This document shows, in pieces, positions 31,426 through 42,609 of a stretch of 64,000 bases of DNA (its first letter is position 1; each line of letters begins with the position of its first letter). Location of the stretch: positions 22,400 through 86,399 of the forward strand of contig JBDRCN010000045.1 in NCBI GenBank assembly GCA_043821705.1. The letters are read 5' to 3'. A program made the position numbers and the translations under genes. This DNA is from Candidatus Omnitrophota bacterium (GTDB taxonomy: Bacteria; Omnitrophota; Gorgyraeia; Gorgyraeales; Gorgyraeaceae). The notes under the pieces are model-generated. The model did not search any database. It worked only from the letters and a program-made list of their open reading frames with translations, and was not told the origin of the DNA.

Positions 31426-34400
31426 ATGAACGGCATACTACACAGCCTTCTTCATGGCGAAGAGCTGCTCCGCAATCAGGGCATACTCCTACAACATTAC
31501 CAAGTTTATCCTCTATCATTGTATGAGGAGAATGTTTCTCCAGCGCTTCTTCTGTATGGTACATCTTTCCATTGCCCAGTCTTAATTCCAGGACCCTTGC
31601 TATAGCATCAGCACAGGAGAATATTCTTCCACCCTTTTCCCATGACGGAGAAGGACATCTTATGCCTCTTAATTGGTCGACTATCTTTTTATTCTCTACC
31701 CCAGAACGAAGTGCTAATGATACAAGTCTTCCTATGGCTTCTAGCTGGCTTGCTGCGCATCCACCAGCTTTGCCCATCTGGATAAATACTTCGAAAGGTA
31801 AGCTATTGTCATCCACATTTATAGTAATATATAGATTACCGCACCCTGTATTTACCTTGGTAGTCGTACCAGTTGTCACTACAGGTCTTGGCCTAGGAGC
31901 CACGCTATTATCATCCTTAACCTGTTCGTCTTCTTTCTTTGATCTCTTCTTAGAGTCTATGTTAAGTACTTGTTCATCCCTAGAACCATCCCTATAGATA
32001 GTGACACCCTTACAACCTAACTTATACGCAAGCATGTATACTTCTTTCACATCATCTTTTAAAGCCTCATTATGAAAATTCACTGTCTTTGATACTGCAT
32101 TGTCAGTATGTTTTTGGAATGCTGCTTGCATCCTTATGTGCCAAATAGGAGCAATATCATGGCTTGTCACAAATATCTTCTTATATTTTTCAGGCACTTC
32201 ATCAATATCTTTTACAGAACCTTTTTCAGCAATGGACTCCATGAGTTTTCTTGAATAAAATCCTTCTCTTTTAGCTATTTCTTCGAAGAGTGGGTTTACT
32301 TCTATGAGCTTATCATTATCCATTACATTCCTATAATAAGATATCGCGAATATAGGCTCTATGCCGCTTGAGGTATTGGATATAATAGATATAGTACCAG
32401 TAGGAGCAATAGTTGTAAGAGTAGCATTTCTTCTTAAAGGCGTACTGTCTTCAGCAAAGATACTATCATTATAAGTCGGAAAAGCCCCCCGGCTCTCTGC
32501 CAATTCTTCTGACTTTATCTTTGCCTCTTCATCTATAAAACAAGCTATCTTTTCAGCTAGCTCCACTGCCTCATCGCTATTATAAGGTATCTCAAGTTTA
32601 ATAAGCATATCAGCCCAACCCATTACCCCCAGGCCTATCTTACGGTTACTCTTAGTAATTTCTTCTATTTTCTTCAGAGGGAATTTATTCATATCAATTT
32701 CATTATCAAGAAATTGCACGGCGATATTCACGAGCCTTTTTAGCTTCTCATAATCTATTTCTTTTTTTCCGTTTCCACAAACTACTTTGGAAATATTTAT
32801 AGAGCCAAGGTTACACGATTCAAATGGAAGCAAGACCTGTTCCCCGCAAGGATTGGTTGACTCATATTTTCCTAACTTTGGTGTCGGATTAAACTCATTC
32901 ATTTTATCAATAAATATCGCTCCTGGTTCACCATTTTTCCATGAGTATTCAACAATCAAATCAAATACCTCTTTTGCCTTAAGCCTGTTTACAATCTTGT
33001 CTAAATGAGGGTCTATAAGATTATATTCTTTATCCTCTATAACCTTCTCCATAAAATCTTCTGTAATTGCAACAGAGATGTTAAAATTCGTGATCTCTTT
33101 ATCATCCTGCTTACATCTAATAAATTCTAATATATCAGGATGATCCACCCTTAATATCCCCATGTTCGCGCCCCGGCGGGTATTGTGGCTAACAAAACCA
33201 TTAGCAATATATGTATGGCCTTCAGGCACGACTAAATCCAACGTTTGCTCCTGTGAATATGTAATATCCTCTATCTGGTCATAATACTGATTTTTAGTAA
33301 GTATGTCTTCAAGGAAACTTTCCTGTAAAAAATCATACTCTTCTACTAAAGTCTTGGCTCTTGCGCGTGTAAGGTTTCTTTCATTTTTTACGCCATCAAG
33401 ATAATGCCATATTTTCCTATAGAATTTATTCCGCGGCTTTAAAATAAGCTCTTCATAAAACTCCCTGAACTGTCTTGATTGATTAGGGATAATATCATTA
33501 TAGCTGATATCTCTTCTTATAATCTGGCTGAGCCGTTCTCTCTTTTTCTTACTTAAGAAGCCGATCTTTTCTTTGTAGGTTTCTAATCCCTTAGGTGTTG
33601 TAATATTTAAAATATAAAGGGGATTTCTTCCGTAAGAAGATTCCCTTTTTGTATTAACCCTAATTTTGGAAGATATGCCTAAACTTAACAATAAAACCTG
33701 CAATTGATTGATCAATCCCGAAGAAACAGAAGATAGCGCTATATGATAACCTTGTTTATCGATATGGCCATCAGCCTCAAACAAACCTCTTAAAAATCCT
33801 TCAGCGCATTTTTTGTCGCCTTTGAAAATTATGGCCGGGATAAATACCTGTAAAGCGCCATTTTTATCTACACCTATAGACTTAAGCCATTCGACTAACA
33901 TCTGGCTGTGATAAATAAGGTTAATACTTTTATCATTCTGCTTTTGTTCAAATCGGCTGTCGATTCCAAAGTTTTCTCTAACATAACTATCGAAATAATC
34001 TTTAAGTTCCAGGCAATCATGCGGAACCGCCAGCATCATCTTTCCTTTATAGAAACAACCGTCTCCTATAAAATAGCCGAGCAATTCAGCTAAATCAGGA
34101 TTCATTTCAGAAGGTAAATCACAAAGCTTACTATTAAAATGAAAGCTCCTTTCAAATTTTTCAAATTTAACTTTCTCTCCGGAAAAAGTATCCATCTGTA
34201 AGGCAGCCCAGTCGCCTTTCTTGATATCTTTTAATTCTTTCCATACATAGTTACCTTCTTTATCTATAATCCTGATCTTATGATTTAAAGTAGCGGTAAA
34301 TCTATAACCGCCTTTTGTAACTATAGTTTTAACTGGTTTAACGCCATTATTATAAAACTGCTCTGCCATCTTTACGCCTTCATCGCTAAAGACATTTAGA

Positions 34401-36223
34401 TATAAATTTTGGTATCCGCCAGGTAATGCATCAGCAAGTTCCTTGATCGGCATTAAACCTTTTTCTGTAGAAATAACTGTATTCTCTTCTACGCACCCTC
34501 CCTGCTTCACAGCCTGAGTCGCAGCATTAAAGACCTTCATAAATGATACAGGGCCGCTCGAAACGCCACCTGTAGAACGCACTACACTATTCTTAGGACG
34601 AAGCCTGGAAAAACTAAATCCAGTTCCTCCTCCCGTTTTGTGCACCATAGCCGTATTCTTAATAGCATCAAAGATAGATTCCATTGAATCTTCTATAGGC
34701 AGGACAAAGCAATTATGAACAGAGATCATATTTGCGCAATATGAATGATCTTCGTCTACTTCAAGATTATAAACTTTTTCCTGATAGTGCTGTTTTATTA
34801 TTTTAGTAATAGGTGTTAAAAGGGTATCTTCGCGAACTATAGTCCGAATATAACCTATACCTTTATGGGCAATATCGACATTTAAAAGTTCGTTTACCAA
34901 TTTAGTGCCGCTTCTACCACTAACTGCACATCTGTATGGCAAAGCTTTACCGAGTTTAGGCATTGATTCAAAATTAAGCGCAGCAAAATGTCCAGCCCTC
35001 ATAATCAATTGCCATGCTGCATACACTAAATTCATATTACACATAACAAGTTTTGTGCAGAAGTTATTGCCATTTTTGAACGTACAGCTGTCTCCACGAA
35101 ACATTCCTGCAAGCAGGCCCTTTTGTTTTTCTACCGAAAGAAGCGTGATCCAAGAAGGTATCTTTTTTGATGCATAACCTGTTCCAAATAAACCTTCAAT
35201 AAATCCAGCTAATATCTTTGAATGAAACCTTATTGATAACCATCGTCGATCAGGAGAATTCGTTTCCTCGATATAGGAACTAATTCCAAATTTTTCTTTC
35301 ACTATCTTAAGGACATCTTCACAATAATATCTTTCCTTCTCGGAGAAAACAAAACGTAAGGCATTATTATCACTGACACACCCTTCGGATAAGTAGTATC
35401 CGAATAACCTCATTAAATCTGTATCAATCTCTATTATATTTTTGACCGGATTAACCTGTTGCGAAATTTTACCTGACCTATTTCTATCTTGACTATATAC
35501 ACTGCCATCTTTTCTAACCCTGTACCTTACATCAGTATTCTTTTCATATAACATCCCATCTATATCAATAAGGTTGTTATTATTAATAAAATCCGCTATC
35601 TTAATATCCTTAACGTCAACAATCTCCTTAGGAAAACTTATTGCTATATAATCTCCTACGGATAAATCCTTTATCTGAATCCACACAGGATTGCCTCTGT
35701 CTCCTTTTTTAACCGCAAGGATAGGGTGTTCACCGGTTACCTTAAGGGTCTCGGTAGGAAGTTTATAGGCATTGAGGATATAAATTTCATTTGATTTCCT
35801 GGCAAATATTTCAGTTACCTTTCTGAATCTGTTTTTATGTGTTAATACCCATTCTCCCTCTTTTATTTCTGATATTCGCTTTGGTCCAGATCTAGTTATG
35901 ATAATCTGATCCGGTGTAAAACACGCGGATAACTGTCCAAGATCTCTCCCTGCATTCATCAGGGTAGGGCTGTTTGGCATGAAATCAAAACTACTCATAA
36001 TATCGTAAAATGATCTTTCTGTGTTTTCTACTGCTTGGTCGCTCGCTCCGTATAGTTTATCAGCCTGAGCAATATGACTGGCAACCCGCTTAAACATCTC
36101 TTCAGGTGTCTCGATTATCTTTCCTTCTTTATCTTTCTTTAGATATCTACGTTCGAGCACTGTTAAGCAATTAGTAGAGATGTTTATTTTTTTCATGCCA
36201 TTTGTTTCTAACTGCATCTTCAC
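31406..36223 (-). CDS. nrdJ: Class II (adenosylcobalamin-dependent) ribonucleotide reductase interrupted by two inteins, with a C-terminal Zn-ribbon
   Basis: Extein blocks [14 protein letters not shown] | CFVLPIED...[13 protein letters not shown]...AVKQGG | [16 protein letters not shown]-terminus is [25 protein letters not shown]. 1605 aa minus two inteins leaves about 763 aa. Confidence 0.85.
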   Translation of the reverse strand: MKMQLETNGMKKINISTNCLTVLERRYLKKDKEGKIIETPEEMFKRVASHIAQADKLYGASDQAVENTERSFYDIMSSFDFMPNSPTLMNAGRDLGQLSACFTPDQIIITRSGPKRISEIKEGEWVLTHKNRFRKVTEIFARKSNEIYILNAYKLPTETLKVTGEHPILAVKKGDRGNPVWIQIKDLSVGDYIAISFPKEIVDVKDIKIADFINNNNLIDIDGMLYEKNTDVRYRVRKDGSVYSQDRNRSGKISQQVNPVKNIIEIDTDLMRLFGYYLSEGCVSDNNALRFVFSEKERYYCEDVLKIVKEKFGISSYIEETNSPDRRWLSIRFHSKILAGFIEGLFGTGYASKKIPSWITLLSVEKQKGLLAGMFRGDSCTFKNGNNFCTKLVMCNMNLVYAAWQLIMRAGHFAALNFESMPKLGKALPYRCAVSGRSGTKLVNELLNVDIAHKGIGYIRTIVREDTLLTPITKIIKQHYQEKVYNLEVDEDHSYCANMISVHNCFVLPIEDSMESIFDAIKNTAMVHKTGGGTGFSFSRLRPKNSVVRSTGGVSSGPVSFMKVFNAATQAVKQGGCVEENTVISTEKGLMPIKELADALPGGYQNLYLNVFSDEGVKMAEQFYNNGVKPVKTIVTKGGYRFTATLNHKIRIIDKEGNYVWKELKDIKKGDWAALQMDTFSGEKVKFEKFERSFHFNSKLCDLPSEMNPDLAELLGYFIGDGCFYKGKMMLAVPHDCLELKDYFDSYVRENFGIDSRFEQKQNDKSINLIYHSQMLVEWLKSIGVDKNGALQVFIPAIIFKGDKKCAEGFLRGLFEADGHIDKQGYHIALSSVSSGLINQLQVLLLSLGISSKIRVNTKRESSYGRNPLYILNITTPKGLETYKEKIGFLSKKKRERLSQIIRRDISYNDIIPNQSRQFREFYEELILKPRNKFYRKIWHYLDGVKNERNLTRARAKTLVEEYDFLQESFLEDILTKNQYYDQIEDITYSQEQTLDLVVPEGHTYIANGFVSHNTRRGANMGILRVDHPDILEFIRCKQDDKEITNFNISVAITEDFMEKVIEDKEYNLIDPHLDKIVNRLKAKEVFDLIVEYSWKNGEPGAIFIDKMNEFNPTPKLGKYESTNPCGEQVLLPFESCNLGSINISKVVCGNGKKEIDYEKLKRLVNIAVQFLDNEIDMNKFPLKKIEEITKSNRKIGLGVMGWADMLIKLEIPYNSDEAVELAEKIACFIDEEAKIKSEELAESRGAFPTYNDSIFAEDSTPLRRNATLTTIAPTGTISIISNTSSGIEPIFAISYYRNVMDNDKLIEVNPLFEEIAKREGFYSRKLMESIAEKGSVKDIDEVPEKYKKIFVTSHDIAPIWHIRMQAAFQKHTDNAVSKTVNFHNEALKDDVKEVYMLAYKLGCKGVTIYRDGSRDEQVLNIDSKKRSKKEDEQVKDDNSVAPRPRPVVTTGTTTKVNTGCGNLYITINVDDNSLPFEVFIQMGKAGGCAASQLEAIGRLVSLALRSGVENKKIVDQLRGIRCPSPSWEKGGRIFSCADAIARVLELRLGNGKMYHTEEALEKHSPHTMIEDKLGNVVGVCPDCGAALRHEEGCVVCRSCGYSKC
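33182..34495 (-). mobile_element. Intein 2 in nrdJ (about 438 aa) with LAGLIDADG homing-endonuclease motifs, inserted in the conserved GG|RRGA site
   Basis: [16 protein letters not shown]...[14 protein letters not shown]. Internal [14 protein letters not shown] and [14 protein letters not shown]. Confidence 0.75.
34712..35923 (-). mobile_element. Intein 1 in nrdJ (about 404 aa) with LAGLIDADG homing-endonuclease motifs
   Basis: Begins at Cys after LGQLSA ([13 protein letters not shown]), ends ...MISVHN before the C-extein Cys. Internal [11 protein letters not shown] and [20 protein letters not shown]-like motifs. Confidence 0.75.
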
Positions 36224-36313
36224 CCCCTGAATGGTTGGTTTATGGTTGGAAAAACTATCTTTTTAGATAAAAGTAAGTATATCACTTGAGGAATCTATGT
36301 CAAGTGAAAAAAT

Positions 36314-36324
36314 ACAATATATTG
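36314..36324. promoter_or_regulatory. Candidate NrdR-box-like palindrome upstream of nrdJ
   Basis: aCAATATATTGc matches the NrdR box core CwAtATaTwG. A weaker second site AAGTATATCACTT lies at about 36275..36287. Confidence 0.25.
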
Positions 36325-36404
36325 CTAGTGGAGCTTACCTCAATAACTATATGTTGTGTTTACTAGGAAACGTATTTTCCTGGAGGAAGGCCTGGAGATC
36401 TACC

Positions 36405-37235
36405 CTAAATGATCTCTACACTTTCTTTTGGAAGCCACCCTCTTAAGTCCTTTGAAAGATCGATCTCGTACCAATTTTTTATTTCTTTTATTATTCGGAG
36501 CTTTGTTCCTTCGTGCAGTGTGAATTGCTTAAGATAATCTTCATTCGGCCCGCTTCTTACATCAACCTCTTCAGAAATTATAACTGCTTCTTTTGTAAAA
36601 TGCTCTGCTGCGATCTTCGAAAATAAAAACGTCAGAGAAAAGCTCAATAAAGCTCCTAATGATAATATAGTATAAAATATAAATTTCCTTTTTTCAACTA
36701 ATTTTATAGAAAAAATCAGAAGCACCATTATTATAAGATATACGATACTGTTAAAGAACGTCAATTCATTGATATTCATCCTGTCATATAGGTATAGGAC
36801 TGAATTTATTATAAAACCTCTGTCAGGCAGGTCCAATCTATCTACCTGCCTTGTCCTTGCAAGTTTTAGGTTTAATTTTATATCCCTGTCTCTAGGAGAG
36901 ATCCTGGTAGCTCTTTCATAATTTAGAATAGCTTTTCCTATTTCTTCCAATTTAAAATATGTATTGCCAAGATTGTAATAAACTTCAGCATTTACCTTAC
37001 CAGTGTCGACAAGCCTTCCATAAATAGAAGCTGCATTTTTATAATCCTGGTCCTGGTAAGCGCGATTTGCTTTTTCAAATATCTCTTCCGGAGTCTCTGC
37101 AAACAGAACATTTCCTGAAATAAATATACTGATCAGCAATAATATTATTATTTTTATCTTATGCATAACTTTTTTCTTCCTGCCCGCCGAAGCCAGACTT
37201 TCGATTCGCCTTTCGTAAAGGTGCAGGAGGGTCAT
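36405..37235 (-). CDS. batE: BatE-like protein: signal peptide, TPR repeats and a C-terminal SH3b domain
   Basis: TPR pattern AEVYYNLGNTYFKLEEIGKAILNYERA. C-terminal SH3-like VDVRSGPNEDY...NWYEIDL...RGWL. The likely true start is MHKIKIII at about 37168. Confidence 0.6.
   Translation of the reverse strand: MTLLHLYERRIESLASAGRKKKVMHKIKIIILLLISIFISGNVLFAETPEEIFEKANRAYQDQDYKNAASIYGRLVDTGKVNAEVYYNLGNTYFKLEEIGKAILNYERATRISPRDRDIKLNLKLARTRQVDRLDLPDRGFIINSVLYLYDRMNINELTFFNSIVYLIIMVLLIFSIKLVEKRKFIFYTILSLGALLSFSLTFLFSKIAAEHFTKEAVIISEEVDVRSGPNEDYLKQFTLHEGTKLRIIKEIKNWYEIDLSKDLRGWLPKESVEII
37177..37235 (-). promoter_or_regulatory. Copy A of a conserved roughly 57-nt element (CCCTCC...CCTTTACGAA...CTGGCT.CGG.GGGCAG), in the batD-batE junction
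   Basis: About 75% identical to copy B. Lies 10 nt upstream of the probable batE ATG. Confidence 0.45.
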
Positions 37236-39100
37236 AATCTCTTTCTCTCTATCTCGGATATGACCTTTACTGCGTCATCTATCGTCTTAGACATATCATC
37301 CCCTGTGAATCTCCCCAGAGCAAACCTTGCCATATCGCATTCATCAAAAAGCCTTTTTATATCTTCTATCAATTCACCTGAGATATCTTTTTCCTTCAAT
37401 CTCTCTTCCAAGAGTTCCTTTGTAATAGAAGGATGGGGGATATTAAGTTTACTGGCTATATACTCTATAACAGCTTTATATATCTCTCCATAAAATACCT
37501 TTATATCTTGTTTATCCAGGGCATTCTTTGCTTTCTTGAGCCTTTTTGATGCTATACGTTTTGCCGTACGAGAACGAGCATAGCCTATATCGCTCCTTAA
37601 CCTCTCTTCGTGCAAGTAAGATATATAAAAAGCGACGAGTATTAAAAAAGCCAAGATATTGATAAAAATAAACATCTTATCTTTATATAAAAATGAATCT
37701 TTAGATACAAACTTTGAAGGATGTGTCTTTATATAAGCTATGTCTTTCTCTAATATCTTTATCTCTTCTTTTGTAAGACCAGGAATCATGGAAGGCAATA
37801 TAGGCGTAGAAGGCTCTGTCTTTAGCCCTTTTTCTACCTTTATTATAATAGGTGCTACTTCTTCTTTTATATACATCTCCTTAGAAGGGTCAAAGTAATG
37901 ATATTCTATAGGCCCTATTTTAAAATCTCCAGCCTTCTTAGGGACTATGACTTTCTCGAACATCTTTTCTCCATGGACAATATAACCATCTTTACTTATG
38001 TTCTCCGAAGCCCCTGAATCATAGACCTTAGCATCTTCCAGATCTGGGATATTAGGTGATGAGATAGTCTTTATATTTCCCTTTCCCTCTATCTTTATCT
38101 TTAATATGACAGGTTCATTCTCCTTTGTCTCTCCTTTATCAACTTCTCCTGTCATATTATAGGTACCTACGTCTCCTTTAAAGCCTGAAGGCTTGGCTTT
38201 ATCAGGTAGGGATGAGATATTCACTGTGATAGGGTCTGTCTTGAGTAATATTGGTTTTCCACGCCTAAACATGCTGAATGGATCCCTGCCAAATGGACTT
38301 CTTGAAAAAAATCTCTCCAGGTCTTCTACAGTAGCTTCGAGTGTCGCGCTCCCTATTATAAACTCTCCAGGAGATGTGGCAAAGAGCGCTGTCTTTATCT
38401 CATTTACCAGATATCTAGTCCCATTTACGACTGTATAATATTTTTTCTGTGGAGGCATGTCTTCTGCCCAAAAACCAGTTGTATCTGGAGGCGAATACCT
38501 AGGGTTCTCAAACAGATTCACAGATTGATAAAAGGAAAACGTCAGCGTGATCTGTTCATTTACATATGCATTCTTTTTATCTACTGATGCTGTGATAAAA
38601 AGTTCTCTACCTTTATTCTCCTGGACATATTGCTCGTCCTGGCCCTTTTCTGGATAAGTATACGTAGGAGGAGATATTACAGGTGCTTTAGCGTTCCTGG
38701 GTTTTACTCTTACTTCAATAGAGTTTGTAGAATATGAGTTTCCTTTATAATCAATAGTAAATGGCCCGATCTGGAAACTTCCTTCATCATTAGGGACCAA
38801 TACATAATTAAAAGAAACAGAGCTCGAGATCTTGCCGTTTATTATAGAGATATTCTGGGATCTTCCACCAGAATAATAACCAAAGCTAGCCATATTGCTA
38901 AGCTCTGGTTCAGGTATATTAGTTATGCTGCCGTTTATAACTATGGTCAAAATGATCTCTTCGTCTAAAGCTATCTCATTTTTATTTACACTCGCCTCAA
39001 TAGATATATCCTGAGCATAACATGCCATAGTTATAACTAGACTTAAAAGTAATGGAACTATATATTTTATAATTTTACTGTTCATTCCCAATACCTGCAA
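37232..39100 (-). CDS. batD: BatD-like oxygen-tolerance protein (signal peptide, large periplasmic domain, TM, C-terminal cytoplasmic tail)
   Basis: Position in the bat operon, about 620 aa, N-terminal signal, and one TM near residue 480 (FIFINILAFLILVAFYISYL). Confidence 0.6.
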   Translation of the reverse strand: MQVLGMNSKIIKYIVPLLLSLVITMACYAQDISIEASVNKNEIALDEEIILTIVINGSITNIPEPELSNMASFGYYSGGRSQNISIINGKISSSVSFNYVLVPNDEGSFQIGPFTIDYKGNSYSTNSIEVRVKPRNAKAPVISPPTYTYPEKGQDEQYVQENKGRELFITASVDKKNAYVNEQITLTFSFYQSVNLFENPRYSPPDTTGFWAEDMPPQKKYYTVVNGTRYLVNEIKTALFATSPGEFIIGSATLEATVEDLERFFSRSPFGRDPFSMFRRGKPILLKTDPITVNISSLPDKAKPSGFKGDVGTYNMTGEVDKGETKENEPVILKIKIEGKGNIKTISSPNIPDLEDAKVYDSGASENISKDGYIVHGEKMFEKVIVPKKAGDFKIGPIEYHYFDPSKEMYIKEEVAPIIIKVEKGLKTEPSTPILPSMIPGLTKEEIKILEKDIAYIKTHPSKFVSKDSFLYKDKMFIFINILAFLILVAFYISYLHEERLRSDIGYARSRTAKRIASKRLKKAKNALDKQDIKVFYGEIYKAVIEYIASKLNIPHPSITKELLEERLKEKDISGELIEDIKRLFDECDMARFALGRFTGDDMSKTIDDAVKVISEIERKRL

Positions 39101-39136
39101 CTTGTGTCATGTGTCCTGTGACTTGCAACTTGAATA

Positions 39137-39955
39137 TTACCAGTCTTTTTCAACATTATATCTAGTCTCACCTATGCGCCTTCTTAGGTCCTTTTGTACA
39201 TCTTCTTCATCATCTTTTAATGCATCTAAGAGTCTCTTAGCATCTTCTTCTGACATCTCATCTTTTTGCTGGCCCTCTTCTTCCTTTTGGTCCTCTTGGC
39301 CTTGTTGTTTTTCTTGGTCTTCTTGAGATCCTTTATCCTGGTCTTTCTTTTCTTCTTCCTTAGACTTGTCATCTTTAGAATCACTTTTTTGTGACTCTTG
39401 TTTTTGCTGCTTCAGTAATTTTTTTATAAGTTCTATATTATATTTAGCATCTTCATCTTCAGGATCAATAGAAAGTGATTCTTCGTAAGAAGCTATTGCT
39501 TCTTCTAACTTCCCCATCCGAAAGTTAGTGTTTCCTATATTATAATATGTCTTTGCCTTAAGTTCATCATTTTTTGAACCTAATGTCTTTTCATACTCTT
39601 TATAAGCATCTTCATGTCTATCGATCTTATGAAGGGCATTACCGATATTATACTGAAGTTCATTGTTCTCTGGATGATCTATCTGAGCATCTCTCCACTC
39701 TGAAAGAGCTTCATCCATATTTTCCTCTTTATAAAGCTCCCTTGCCTTCTTATCCTTAGAAGACAATGATTCCTTCCACCCCCACCCTGCACTGGAAAAA
39801 GAAAATAATAATAAGAAACATAGTAAGACAACGGGTCCTGTCCGCCGATTCACCCCACAAGTGCTCAGGCAAAGCCTTGCGCGCTTGCGGGGGCCCCAAT
39901 CGCCGGCCACCCGTTGTCTTAAAATTCTTTTAATTTTTAATGCAGTGAAATTCAT
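39137..39955 (-). CDS. batC: BatC-like TPR protein with an acidic low-complexity C-terminus
   Basis: TPR repeats (YNIGNALHKIDRHEDAYKEYEKTL; YYNIGNTNFRMGKLEEAIASYEESL) and an E/K/D/Q-rich tail. Confidence 0.6.
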   Translation of the reverse strand: MNFTALKIKRILRQRVAGDWGPRKRARLCLSTCGVNRRTGPVVLLCFLLLFSFSSAGWGWKESLSSKDKKARELYKEENMDEALSEWRDAQIDHPENNELQYNIGNALHKIDRHEDAYKEYEKTLGSKNDELKAKTYYNIGNTNFRMGKLEEAIASYEESLSIDPEDEDAKYNIELIKKLLKQQKQESQKSDSKDDKSKEEEKKDQDKGSQEDQEKQQGQEDQKEEEGQQKDEMSEEDAKRLLDALKDDEEDVQKDLRRRIGETRYNVEKDW

Positions 39956-41013
39956 ACTCTTTTTCTATCTCCTAACAAGGTTTCGGCTATGATCAGAAGA
40001 ATAGCTATTGCTAAAAAGTATTGGAACCTGTCTTCGTATTGTGTAAAGAGCCTGCTAGAAAGTTCCTTTTTCTCCATTCCTTGAATATCATCATATATCT
40101 TGTCTAGTTCAAATTCACTCGGTGTAGCATTATAATATTTACCGCCTGTGATAATAGCTATCCTCTGCAGGGTTTCTTCATCAAGCTTGGATATTATCAC
40201 CTCTCCAGACTTATCCTTTTTATACCCTGATGCATTCCCTTTCTCGTCCATTACAGGAACTAGTTCTCCATCCCTTGTACCTATCCCAATAGTGTATATT
40301 ATTATTCCTTCTTTTTTAGCTAGTCTAGCTGCATCTATAGCCTTAGAGCCATGGTCCTCTCCATCAGTAAGAAGTATCAGCACTTTATGTTTGGTCTCTT
40401 TCTTTATAAATGCTTCTTCTGCTTTTTTTATTGCCTTTCCTATCTCAGTACCTGGCCGCGGGATTATGCCTACGTCTATTATCTTTAAAAATAATTTTGC
40501 TGCCTGGTAATCAAGTGTAAGAGGACACTGGACAAAGCTGTCACCAGCAAAAGTAATGATACCTATCCTATCCCCTTTTAATCTATCTATAAAAGATGTT
40601 AATTCTAATTTTGCCTTTTCTAATCTATTGGGTTTTATATCCTGGGCCTTCATGCTAAGAGATGTATCTATTGCTACTAAGATATCTATACCTTTTCTCC
40701 TGGTCATAGTAAGGCGCGACCCTATCTGCGGCCTTGAGATAGAAATAATGAGAAAAAATACTGCTAAAATAATAAGTGCTGCTTTTAGATAGTCTCTCGT
40801 AAAGTCTTTGGAAAAAGATATCTTTTCCAGGATGCCTTTATCAGCAAAAAACTCCATTGCCTTTCGCTTGTTCCTATAAGCTATGACAAAAAATACCACT
40901 AGTATAGGAATAATTATTAATAGATTTAAAAATACTGGTGAACCCCAATGCATAAGTCGTAATCCGTAATTCGTAATCCGTAATTCGTGATGCGCAATCG
41001 GTTCACGCATCAC
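39952..41013 (-). CDS. batB: BatB-like von Willebrand factor A protein (TM + VWA)
   Basis: VWA MIDAS DTSLSM...LTDGED. The likely true start is MHWGSPVF at about 40952; the track's N-terminal extension runs through the heptamer repeat. Confidence 0.7.
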   Translation of the reverse strand: MMREPIAHHELRITNYGLRLMHWGSPVFLNLLIIIPILVVFFVIAYRNKRKAMEFFADKGILEKISFSKDFTRDYLKAALIILAVFFLIISISRPQIGSRLTMTRRKGIDILVAIDTSLSMKAQDIKPNRLEKAKLELTSFIDRLKGDRIGIITFAGDSFVQCPLTLDYQAAKLFLKIIDVGIIPRPGTEIGKAIKKAEEAFIKKETKHKVLILLTDGEDHGSKAIDAARLAKKEGIIIYTIGIGTRDGELVPVMDEKGNASGYKKDKSGEVIISKLDEETLQRIAIITGGKYYNATPSEFELDKIYDDIQGMEKKELSSRLFTQYEDRFQYFLAIAILLIIAETLLGDRKRV

Positions 41014-41031
41014 GGTTCACGAATCACGATT
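40955..41031. repeat. Tandem heptanucleotide repeat array arranged as an imperfect palindrome (CGTAATY x4 ... RATCACG x4), batA-batB spacer
   Basis: cgtaatc cgtaatt cgtaatc cgtaatt cgtgatg cgcaatc ggttcac gcatcac ggttcac gaatcac. Confidence 0.8.
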
Positions 41032-42021
41032 CTAGGGGAGTTTTCTGAACAATGTGTTCGAAAGAACTACCCCTGTAATAAAAATCATAAAACCTGGGAA
41101 AATAAAAGAAGTAGCTCCTTCATTATAGTTAGCATACTCCTTGGTCTCTATCTTTGTCTTTTCTAGTTCTCCTATAGTCTTATATATCTCCTTTAACCCC
41201 TCTTCATCCTTTGCCCTAAAATATAAGCCGCCTGTCTCTTCTGCAATTTTACTGAGAAGCTCTTCATCTATCTCAGTATCCATCCTCACATATCTTTTCC
41301 CGAATATCGGGTCAGTCACTGGATAAAGCGCTTTTCCTGGCTTACCAGCGCCGATAGTATATATCTTTATACCTAGTGTCTTTGCTAGCTTTGAAGCAGT
41401 CAATGGGTCTATCTTTCCAGCATTATTCACGCCATCAGTCAAAAGTATTATAATCTTGCTCTTTGCTTCTGAATCCCTGAGCCTATTAGTAGCATTTGCA
41501 ATAGCCAGTCCTATGGCAGTACCATCCTCTATCATCCCGATCTCTATCTTATCCAGAAGATCTAAAAGCACATTATAATCCAGTGTAAGAGGGCACTGTG
41601 TGAAACTCTCTTTTGAAAATACTACTAGTCCTAATCTATCATTGCGCCTTGATCCTATAAAATCCTTTAAGACTTCCTTGGCAGCTCCTAATCTATTCTG
41701 CGGCTGAAAATCTTCTGCCTTCATACTGCTAGAAGTGTCTAGTGTTAAGATAATATCAACTCCTTCTGTTATTATCTCTTCTTCTCTCTGGCCAAATTGA
41801 GGTCTCGAAAACGCGATTATAAATATAAATAGTGCTGTCATCCTTAATATGAACGGAAGATGCTTGTATCTTGCTTTAACCCCAGGAGCAATATCCTTAA
41901 CTAATCCTATATCTGAAAACACAATGCTTGCTTTCTTTTTCTTGAGATTTTTCAGATAATCCCACGTAAGCGCTGGGATAATAAGGATAAGTATTAAGAA
42001 TATCGGGTGTAATAATCTCAT
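41032..42021 (-). CDS. batA: BatA-like von Willebrand factor A protein (TM + VWA)
   Basis: DTSSSMKAED...LLTDGVNNAG MIDAS motif, N- and C-terminal TM segments. Confidence 0.7.
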   Translation of the reverse strand: MRLLHPIFLILILIIPALTWDYLKNLKKKKASIVFSDIGLVKDIAPGVKARYKHLPFILRMTALFIFIIAFSRPQFGQREEEIITEGVDIILTLDTSSSMKAEDFQPQNRLGAAKEVLKDFIGSRRNDRLGLVVFSKESFTQCPLTLDYNVLLDLLDKIEIGMIEDGTAIGLAIANATNRLRDSEAKSKIIILLTDGVNNAGKIDPLTASKLAKTLGIKIYTIGAGKPGKALYPVTDPIFGKRYVRMDTEIDEELLSKIAEETGGLYFRAKDEEGLKEIYKTIGELEKTKIETKEYANYNEGATSFIFPGFMIFITGVVLSNTLFRKLP

Positions 42022-42560
42022 ATTTCGTGATTCGTGATCCGTGATTCGTGATTCGACAACTGATCAAAATTTATGGTAATATCAATTATATCAATAGCTC
42101 TATTGTAGACCTCACTTATTTCCTTCTCACCCGGATTATATTTTGCAAATTTTACAAGGTCGCATTCTTCTAAAAAATCTTTTATCTTAGTAGATACTTC
42201 GAGCTTTATCCCCTTTTCCCTTATATCTTGATAGACTTCCCAAGTAGTCCTATCAAGAGTAGATATAGTAAGTTTCCCTTCGATATATTTACGTATGATG
42301 TCTGATAACCTTATGTAATAAACTTTTACCATACGTTTTCTAGGAAGGTCTTCTCTTAAAAGAGTTGCTAATTCTTCCCTTGCGATCTCTTCTGGGGATC
42401 TAACAGGAACTTGTGGGAGGTTTTCTAAATTTTGTTTATTCTTAAAATATAAAAATATACCTATAGCTATGGCTATTAAAAGAAATAATATTATAACTGG
42501 CCAGATATTAAATCCAGTGTTTATCTCTATGATGTCTTTTAAAGGGCGTATATCTTCCAT
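42018..42560 (-). CDS. Small single-TM protein (DUF4381-like position in the bat operon)
   Basis: One TM (IWPVIILFLLIAIAIGIFLYF). The C-terminal ...SNHESRITNHEI is encoded by the heptamer repeat array. Confidence 0.5.
   Translation of the reverse strand: MEDIRPLKDIIEINTGFNIWPVIILFLLIAIAIGIFLYFKNKQNLENLPQVPVRSPEEIAREELATLLREDLPRKRMVKVYYIRLSDIIRKYIEGKLTISTLDRTTWEVYQDIREKGIKLEVSTKIKDFLEECDLVKFAKYNPGEKEISEVYNRAIDIIDITINFDQLSNHESRITNHEI
42024..42055. repeat. Tandem heptanucleotide repeat (TTCGTGA x4.5) at the batA start / upstream ORF end
   Basis: ttcgtga ttcgtga tccgtga ttcgtga ttcg. Confidence 0.8.
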
Positions 42561-42609
42561 ATTTAGATACTTACTTCTAATACCTTCTTAGTGCTTTTTA
42601 ACCCACTCT

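Noticed and set aside
40953-41013. N-terminal extensions of batB (MMREPIAHHELRITNYGLRL...), DUF58 (MIRNRSRITVHASRFTVF...), batE (MTLLHLYERRIESLASAGRKKKV...) and nadE (MLIIWIYDRISITHILYIKTPTNSIY...) as given by the ORF track
   Set aside because: The extensions are translations of heptamer arrays, or of the 57-nt element that happen to lack stops. Internal Met codons followed by signal peptides or conserved N-termini (MHWGSPVF, MIPKEILKK, MHKIKIII, MNKIRIALAQ) are the probable true starts.
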